From Patescibacteria group bacterium (GTDB lineage: Bacteria > Patescibacteriota > Minisyncoccia > Phycocordibacterales > UBA9973), in NCBI GenBank assembly GCA_040388095.1, contig JAZKCM010000002.1, positions 7,264 through 71,263 on the forward strand: 64,000 bases of DNA, given 5' to 3'. A model generated the notes under the pieces. That model had not been told where the DNA came from, made no database searches, and saw nothing but the letters and a program-made list of their open reading frames with translations. Positions within the stretch are counted from its first letter, which is position 1. Every line of letters begins with the position of its first letter. Made by a program: the position numbers and the translations under genes. This document shows positions 29,696 through 36,314 of this stretch, piece after piece.

Positions 29696-29815
29696 ATGTG
29701 CACCCGGAGGGATTCGGCTACTACGTAGCCAGGTGCTTTTCTATCTCGCCAGGCTCGCACAGAAAAGCCTTTCGAATACCCTCACAAAAGCAAATAAATT
29801 TGCTTTTTCGCCTGC
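29696..29815 (-). repeat. tRNA-linked structured element ending in a copy of the tRNA-Arg 3' end
   Basis: gtgcacccggagggattcg at 29698-29716 repeats 29818-29836; internal hairpins. Confidence 0.8.
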
Positions 29816-29890
29816 TGGTGCACCCGGAGGGATTCGAACCCCCAATAACGGTTCCGAAGACCGTCGTGATATCCATTTCACCACGGGTGC
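29816..29890 (-). tRNA. tRNA-Arg(TCG), CCA encoded
   Basis: Reverse complement: gcacccg...acggt-ct-TCG-ga-accgt...ggttcgaatcc...cgggtgcacca. Confidence 0.95.
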
Positions 29891-30009
29891 GAAATGCTCT
29901 TTACAGTATAAGCTAAAAAGGGGAGTAAGTAAATTAAACTTTTGCATTATCAATAGAAAAGTATATAATGGTTAGGTAAATTCGTAATATTATAAAAATA
30001 ACAACACTT

Positions 30010-30080
30010 GCGGTGTTGGTTTAGTGGTAGAACACGTCCTTGCCAAGGATGAGACAGGAGTTCGATTCTCCTACGCCGCA
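30010..30080 (+). tRNA. tRNA-Gly(GCC)
   Basis: gcggtgt/acgccgc acceptor stem; cgtcc-tt-GCC-aa-ggatg; gagttcgattctc. Confidence 0.95.
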
Positions 30081-30091
30081 CAGATCATATA

Positions 30092-31630
30092 GTGGAAACA
30101 CTTACAAAAAATCTCATAAATAAAGTTCCACCAGAAGTTTCACAAGTAACACGTACTTTGGAGAAAGCTGGTTTTGAAGCATACCTCGTCGGTGGTTGTG
30201 TCCGTGACCTCATACTAAATAGGGAACCGAAGGATTGGGACGTGACGACCAATGCAACACCAGAACAGATCATCGCTCTGTTTGAAAAAACAGTATATGA
30301 AAATACTTATGGTACTGTCGGCGTTTGTATTCCCAAAGATGTTACTCGTGAAACCCCGAAGGAAAGCGAGCTTCCAACGGGGCAGGCACCTGAATACGAG
30401 ATTATAGAAGTCACACCCTATAGAATTGAAACAGAATACAGCGATTTCAGACATCCAGACCAAGTAAAATTCAGCTCAAAGCTCGAAGACGACCTTAAAA
30501 GACGTGACTTTACCGTAAATGCGATGGCACTGGATAGTAAAGGACATTTAATTGATCTATTCGAAGGTTTAAAGGACATACAAAATAAAACTTTACGCAC
30601 AGTAGGAGAGGCAGACGAAAGATTTACTGAAGATGCGCTCCGCCTCGTACGTGCGATAAGGTTTTCTACACAGCTTGATTTCATAATTTCACACGAAACA
30701 ACAGAAAGCATTTTGAAAAATTCTGAGCTCATACAAAAGATATCCACAGAAAGAATTCGTGATGAATTTATAAAAATAATTATGTCAAAAAATCCGATGA
30801 TTGGCATCAGCATGCTTTCACGATTTGGAATTTTAAAATATATTATTCCAGAACTCGAAGAGGGAATACATTGTGAACAAAAAGGTGAACACATCTATGA
30901 CGTTTTTGATCATATGCTCCACGCGCTCGGCCACGCTGCAAATCAGAATTTACCTTTAGACATAAGGCTTTCTGCGCTTTTTCATGATATAGGTAAACCT
31001 CGTACACGCAGATGGGACGGATCGAAGGCTGGAGGAAAAGGGAAGTATACTTTCTACGGACACGAAGTCGTCGGTGCACGAATGGTAAAAAAAATAATGG
31101 AGCGATTAAAATTCCCAAAAGATATTTCTGAAAAAGTTGAAAAGCTCGTACGCTATCATATGTTTTTTTCTGATACAGAAACAATCACGCTTTCTGCTGT
31201 GCGTAGAGTTATCGTGAATGTGGGGAAAGAAAATATTTGGGATTTGATGCACGTCCGTGAATGCGACCGTGTCGGTATGAAAAAGAAAGAAGCACCGTAT
31301 CGCTTGCGCAAATATCATGCAATGATCGAGGAATGTTTGCGTGATCCTATATCTGTTTCACAACTCAAAATTGATGGGAAGATACTTATGGATGAGTTGA
31401 ATATAAAACCTAGTCCTAAAATGGGCTTTATTTTAAATGCTCTTTTAGAAGAAGTCCTTGATGACCCAAGTAAAAATGTCCGTGAATATCTCGATGTCCG
31501 TGTTAAAGAACTCGACGCTCTATCAGACAATGAACTCAAAGCTCTCGGACAGAAAGCAAAAGAAAAGAAAGAAATAACAGAGGAAGAAGAAATAAAAAAA
31601 CTCCACGCAAAGCATGGAGTTTCGAAATAG
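30092..31630 (+). CDS. cca: CCA tRNA nucleotidyltransferase with HD domain
   Basis: VGGCVRD, DWD, DLKRRDFTVNAMA, EDALRLVRAIRF, FHDIGKP. Confidence 0.92.
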   Translation: METLTKNLINKVPPEVSQVTRTLEKAGFEAYLVGGCVRDLILNREPKDWDVTTNATPEQIIALFEKTVYENTYGTVGVCIPKDVTRETPKESELPTGQAPEYEIIEVTPYRIETEYSDFRHPDQVKFSSKLEDDLKRRDFTVNAMALDSKGHLIDLFEGLKDIQNKTLRTVGEADERFTEDALRLVRAIRFSTQLDFIISHETTESILKNSELIQKISTERIRDEFIKIIMSKNPMIGISMLSRFGILKYIIPELEEGIHCEQKGEHIYDVFDHMLHALGHAANQNLPLDIRLSALFHDIGKPRTRRWDGSKAGGKGKYTFYGHEVVGARMVKKIMERLKFPKDISEKVEKLVRYHMFFSDTETITLSAVRRVIVNVGKENIWDLMHVRECDRVGMKKKEAPYRLRKYHAMIEECLRDPISVSQLKIDGKILMDELNIKPSPKMGFILNALLEEVLDDPSKNVREYLDVRVKELDALSDNELKALGQKAKEKKEITEEEEIKKLHAKHGVSK

Positions 31631-31638
31631 AAAAAATT

Positions 31639-32085
31639 TTAGTATTCGTATGAACCGATAGGATAAATTTTTGCCAGAAATAACAATTGGCATTTCATTT
31701 TATTGGTTGAAGAATAAAGTTTCTTTTCTAAAAAAGTTTGTTTGTCTGTTGGTAACAAATTTCTAGTCCACCTTAAAAGAATATTTTTCTTAAGTATGTA
31801 TTCAGGAATGTATATCAGTTGAAAAATGGGATAGGAAAGGAATGGACTGTGTATAACATGTATACAAAAACTGCTACTGTTACAGGCTTGTAAAAGCAGA
31901 TTTTGAAGTTCGTCAGAAGCAATATTTGTTCCAAACCTATCATATTCTTTTGTAAGCGTAAATGTATGTCCGGACATATTCGTTGTCATCTGGTGATGTT
32001 TAGTTTCAACTCCATTCCAAAATCCTTCTTTTTTGTTGGCTTTTTTAATAAGCCTAGCAGTGAAATAGGGAATAATTTTTTTCAT
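31639..32085 (-). CDS. Orphan hypothetical protein
   Basis: 148-aa ORF with its own TTGCAA promoter and boxA-like leader. Confidence 0.45.
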   Translation of the reverse strand: MKKIIPYFTARLIKKANKKEGFWNGVETKHHQMTTNMSGHTFTLTKEYDRFGTNIASDELQNLLLQACNSSSFCIHVIHSPFLSYPIFQLIYIPEYILKKNILLRWTRNLLPTDKQTFLEKKLYSSTNKMKCQLLFLAKIYPIGSYEY

Positions 32086-32179
32086 TTTATATAGTTTTTA
32101 ATGAGCTTTTGCTCGGTGAGTACTGAATTTGTTTAACCAAACATTACAACAAAATATTAAGTTTTGCAAGGGAGATACT

Positions 32180-32953
32180 TTATTTCAAATCTAGAAAAAT
32201 AGGACAATGGTCTGAGCCCATATAGTCTGTAAGCATTCCTGTATTTTTTACTTTCGGTATAAGTTTTTCATCTACAAAGAAATAATCAATACGCCAGCCG
32301 ACATTGCGAGTACGAGAAGCAGTTTTCTGATCCCAATATGTATAGATATCTTTTTTATTTGGATTCATTTTTCGAAAAATATCGATAAAATTATTTTTTA
32401 TAACTTTTGTAATCCACGCTCGTTCAATAGGGAGAAAGCCTGTATTTTCTTCATTAGCTTTCGGGCGAGCGAGGTCGATTGCTTCGTGTGCTGTGTTTAT
32501 GTCTCCACAGAAAATAACTTTTTCTCCGTTCTTACGAAGTTTCAAAATGAATTTCAAGAATGCATCGTAGAACTCGAGCTTGTATTCTAGACGATGCGGA
32601 CCAGAGCCACCATTTGGATAATAACCACAAATCAAAGTGAAATCTTTGAACTTTGCTCCGACAATTCTACCTTCATCATCGAATTTCTTTATTCCCATTC
32701 CATAAAAAACTTCAAGTGGTTTTATTTTTGTATAAATTCCAACACCACTATAACCTTTGCGTAATTTTGAATATGAAAAATAACTTTCGTAACCTTTTAC
32801 ATTACGGACATCATCCGGGAGCTGATCGGGTTCTACTTTTGTCTCTTGGAGACATAGAACATCTGGTTTATATTTTTTAAATAGAGGAGTGAAGAAGCCT
32901 TGCTTTGCTGTAGCACGCAAGCCATTTGTATTCCAAGAAATTATTTTCACCAT
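32180..32953 (-). CDS. xth: Exodeoxyribonuclease III / AP endonuclease
   Basis: SWNTNGLR, LQETK, GYSGV, GDINTAH, WRIDY, SDHCP. Confidence 0.97.
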   Translation of the reverse strand: MVKIISWNTNGLRATAKQGFFTPLFKKYKPDVLCLQETKVEPDQLPDDVRNVKGYESYFSYSKLRKGYSGVGIYTKIKPLEVFYGMGIKKFDDEGRIVGAKFKDFTLICGYYPNGGSGPHRLEYKLEFYDAFLKFILKLRKNGEKVIFCGDINTAHEAIDLARPKANEENTGFLPIERAWITKVIKNNFIDIFRKMNPNKKDIYTYWDQKTASRTRNVGWRIDYFFVDEKLIPKVKNTGMLTDYMGSDHCPIFLDLK

Positions 32954-33069
32954 ACAAGAATAATACCACAGAACATAGCTCTTTTCATAAAACTTGCTTT
33001 TTTATTTAAAATAGGTTATTATAAATACGAAACATTTTTATATTTATAGACCTTTAAAAACTAAAATTT

Positions 33070-33255
33070 ATGCAGGCAAGAAAATCTCTCATTACAAACT
33101 TGTTCTCATTTCTTATTAAAAAAGAAAAACGAACAGAGAACAAACAAAAAAAAGAGGGGGGCTTTAGAAATGAAACACCTAAAGAAAAGAAACAAAATGA
33201 TACTAGGCAATATATGCCTGTATTAGATGAAACAGAAATTACCCTTTTTATTTGA
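33070..33255 (+). CDS. Small orphan ORF (61 aa)
   Basis: ORF after a promoter-like region and gacctttaaaaact leader. Confidence 0.35.
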   Translation: MQARKSLITNLFSFLIKKEKRTENKQKKEGGFRNETPKEKKQNDTRQYMPVLDETEITLFI

Positions 33256-33297
33256 AGAAACGCGTCTCGGGAAAATGTTTCAAATCCTTTTTTTGTA

Positions 33298-33326
33298 ACT
33301 TCGCATTATTTCCCCTTATGCGAGCA
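33298..33326. other. dif/lox-like tyrosine recombinase site candidate
   Basis: ACTTCGCATTA-TTTCCCC-TTATGCGAGCA, about 75 bp from the xer stop codon. Confidence 0.4.
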
Positions 33327-33399
33327 AACCACGAAAACAAGGATTTATTAAGTACCTGAGATGGAAAGCGGTCGTATGTACATACGACCGCTTATTTTT

Positions 33400-34353
33400 T
33401 TACCTTTTACTATGAAATTTCTTATGAATATCTCGGAGGTGTGAGTCGGTAACGTGTGTATATATTTGAGTTGTCGCAATATTTGAATGCCCAAGCATAA
33501 CTTGCACACTGCGTATATCAGCACCATTGGAAAGTAAGTCAGTCGCAAAACAGTGGCGAATGACGTGTGGAGTAACTTTTTTTGAAATACCAGCTATCGT
33601 CGCATATGTTTTCACAATTCTCGCTATCGATCTACGAGTAAGTGGCTCTGGTGTTTCATCTTTTAACTCTTTACCGACTTGGACAAAAAGTGCTTCATTC
33701 ATATCTTTGCGAGCTTTCATATATATACGGAGTGCAGTACGAGCATCTTCTGAAATAAATACGACACGCACTTTTCCACCTTTTCCACGCACAGAAAATT
33801 CATCAGCAGTCAGGTCTAGGTCATTCGTAAGAGAACACAATTCTGAAACACGAAGTCCTGTGGAGAAAAGTAATTCAAGAATCGCTTTATCACGTAGTGA
33901 TTTTAAATCACTACTTTTTGCTTGCCCTAGTGAGTCTTGGCGAAGTAGGGGGGCAGAAAGTAAACGTGAAAGTTCTGAAGCAGTGATGAGGTCGATTGCG
34001 CGTTCACCGACTTTAGCAAGTTCTATTTTATCTGCATGCATAGAAGCAATGTCTCTTCGTGCAAGGAATTTCAAAAACATTCGAAGAGCAATCATATAAT
34101 AATTCTGAGTTTTTTTTGAAATCGTTTTCTCTATACGCATTTTTGTACCTACGTGTGCATTCTGACGATTAAGCCAAAGACGAAATTCTCGCACCACACT
34201 ATCATTTATATCTTTAGCATTTTTTACTTTTGTATGTTCAAAAAAACGAGTCAGATAGTGTCCATAATTTTCAATCGTCTTAATACTGGAGCCTTTTTCA
34301 ATTTCCAAATATTCTAAAAACTGCTGTTTGAGTTTTTCTATTTCGCTAGACAT
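33400..34353 (-). CDS. XerC/XerD-type tyrosine recombinase
   Basis: TGLRVSEL, GKGGK, TPHVIRH, LGH, TTQIYTHV; start MSSEIEK. Confidence 0.93.
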   Translation of the reverse strand: MSSEIEKLKQQFLEYLEIEKGSSIKTIENYGHYLTRFFEHTKVKNAKDINDSVVREFRLWLNRQNAHVGTKMRIEKTISKKTQNYYMIALRMFLKFLARRDIASMHADKIELAKVGERAIDLITASELSRLLSAPLLRQDSLGQAKSSDLKSLRDKAILELLFSTGLRVSELCSLTNDLDLTADEFSVRGKGGKVRVVFISEDARTALRIYMKARKDMNEALFVQVGKELKDETPEPLTRRSIARIVKTYATIAGISKKVTPHVIRHCFATDLLSNGADIRSVQVMLGHSNIATTQIYTHVTDSHLRDIHKKFHSKR

Positions 34354-34494
34354 GTATATATAGTATAGCAAAATATTGTGCGACACGATAAAAAAGCATT
34401 TGACTTTTTGTAAAAAACATATATAATGTTATAAAATACTGAAATTCAACTAAAACTAACCGAACGATAAAAAGTTCATTAAAAAACAAAAACT

Positions 34495-35184
34495 ATGAAA
34501 AAATTAAGATCGTTTTCCATTAAATGCGCACTCGTTATGTGTGCAATCTTAGTATTAGCGTACATTATTATTTTTATTAAATTCCATGAAACGCCAATAC
34601 TGTTCAACACTGAAATACTGGCAAGGTTGGGTATTAAAACATACCGGAAATTTTTATATCTTGAACCAGTATTCTGGTGCACGATGATGTTTTGGATTAC
34701 TTTCAGCTTTGCCTATTTTTCACAAATAAAAAAACACATACCTGAGGCTTTTGAAATAAAAGTACTCATCCTGAGTGCAATTTTTGGAATGGGAACAGGT
34801 GGCACGATCATACTAGGTATCAATGAATTCTCATTAATACGAAGCATAGAAATCGGTATCGGAAGTACTCTATTTATAGGTTCATTTTTTGGTCTCACCG
34901 AAAAAGATAATCGGTTTGATTATATTGTCGGCACTATTATTGCTTCTTCAATATATGAAACAGTGGCCGTACTTATGTATATTATTTTTTCTCCAACAGA
35001 AGAAATTGATTTGATGATGTATGTGCCGTTATTTTTCTTTATGTTTTTAATAGTGAATATGATGGTAGTTTCTTTTATTCCGATGATTGTCGCATTTTTT
35101 GAAAACATATGGGGCATCTCAAAAGAGAGAATAAAAGAGATTTCGAGAGGGGAACGTGAGTTAAGTGAAAAAGAAGGTTATTAA
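34495..35184 (+). CDS. Orphan multi-pass membrane protein
   Basis: About 6 hydrophobic segments; TTGACT-17-TATAAT promoter. Confidence 0.6.
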   Translation: MKKLRSFSIKCALVMCAILVLAYIIIFIKFHETPILFNTEILARLGIKTYRKFLYLEPVFWCTMMFWITFSFAYFSQIKKHIPEAFEIKVLILSAIFGMGTGGTIILGINEFSLIRSIEIGIGSTLFIGSFFGLTEKDNRFDYIVGTIIASSIYETVAVLMYIIFSPTEEIDLMMYVPLFFFMFLIVNMMVVSFIPMIVAFFENIWGISKERIKEISRGERELSEKEGY

Positions 35185-35303
35185 AAAAAATTCAAACAGG
35201 AATGATCAAAATGATTGTTCCTGTTTTTTTATTTCCAAATCCGCTATTTTTATACAAAACAAAAGGACTTGCAATTTTTTGGGCTTTATGCTACTATCTA
35301 GTT

Positions 35304-35567
35304 ATGTTAGCAACAAAGAAAAAACAAACAGTTATCAAAAAACACCAGGCTCATGAGAAGGACACAGGTTCTTCACAGGTCCAGGTCGCTATTTTGTCTA
35401 CACAGATAGACGAACTCGCAAAGCATTTGAAGAAGCACAAGAAGGACAACCACTCTCGTCGCGGACTTATCAAGATGGTTGCAGATCGCAGAACTCACTT
35501 AAAATATTTACAAAGAAAAAATAAGACTGCATACGAATCTATCATGAAGCAGATGGACCTCGCATAA
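35304..35567 (+). CDS. rpsO: 30S ribosomal protein S15
   Basis: DTGSSQVQVAIL, HKKDNHSRRGL; start MLATKKK. Confidence 0.97.
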   Translation: MLATKKKQTVIKKHQAHEKDTGSSQVQVAILSTQIDELAKHLKKHKKDNHSRRGLIKMVADRRTHLKYLQRKNKTAYESIMKQMDLA

Positions 35568-35625
35568 ATTAAAGTCCCCGAAAGGGGATTTTAATTTGCA
35601 GTGCAAAAAGGTATAATTTATACAT

Positions 35626-36147
35626 ATGTCAATCATCAAACACAAAGAACAACGAGTAGCTGTTTTCATCGATACTCAAAATGTCTATCATAGTGCTCGC
35701 AATCTTTATCACGCTCGTGTGAACTTCGGAAATATTTTGAAGGATGTCGTCGCAGGCAGGAAGCTCGTGCGAGCAGTCGCCTACGTCATCACGACAGAAG
35801 CAGGGGACGAGAAAAACTTTTTCGAAGCATTAAATAAAATCGGCATCGAGACGAAGACGAAAGATTTACAAATATTTGCCGGCGGTGCGAAGAAAGCAGA
35901 CTGGGATGTCGGCCTCGCAATGGATGTGATCAAGATGGCTCCGAAGCTCGACGCCGTCATCATCGTCTCTGGCGATGGAGACTTCATTCCGCTCGTGGAA
36001 TATTTGCAGACTATTGGTGTCCAAGTCGAAGTCGCATCTTTCGGCAAATCAACTTCTGGTAAGCTCAAAGAATCAGTCGATGAATTCATCGACCTCTCCG
36101 CAAATCCAAGAAAGTATCTCATCGGAGGAAGCAATAAACAAAGTTAA
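35626..36147 (+). CDS. NYN domain protein (LabA/DUF88)
   Basis: VFIDTQN, KADWDVGLAMD, SGDGDF, L..SVDEF. Confidence 0.93.
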   Translation: MSIIKHKEQRVAVFIDTQNVYHSARNLYHARVNFGNILKDVVAGRKLVRAVAYVITTEAGDEKNFFEALNKIGIETKTKDLQIFAGGAKKADWDVGLAMDVIKMAPKLDAVIIVSGDGDFIPLVEYLQTIGVQVEVASFGKSTSGKLKESVDEFIDLSANPRKYLIGGSNKQS

Positions 36148-36227
36148 AAAAAATCCTGAGTAACATCAGGATTTTTACTTTTTAGACCCAAAATGATAGT
36201 ATAACGAGTATTAGCAATAGTTAATCA

Positions 36228-36302
36228 GTTTGTCTTCAGACAGACAGTAGTGTTCCTCACGATCTCGTGAAACAGAACAATACTTTAGTTTGGAGATAAA
36301 CT
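36228..36302 (+). promoter_or_regulatory. pnp leader long stem-loop (possible RNase III site)
   Basis: agtttgtcttcagac pairs with gtttggagataaact and encloses further stems. Confidence 0.6.
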
Positions 36303-36314
36303 ACAAAAAAATAT

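Noticed and set aside
27158-29890. Prophage or genomic island between the tRNAs
   Set aside because: The 3'-end duplications enclose only 120-145 bp each; no integrase or phage genes lie between
29698-29975. Short ORFs of 70-80 aa
   Set aside because: They overlap tRNA-Arg and its repeat element
35202-35303. N-terminal extension of S15
   Set aside because: Spans a terminator and promoter; S15 starts at 35304
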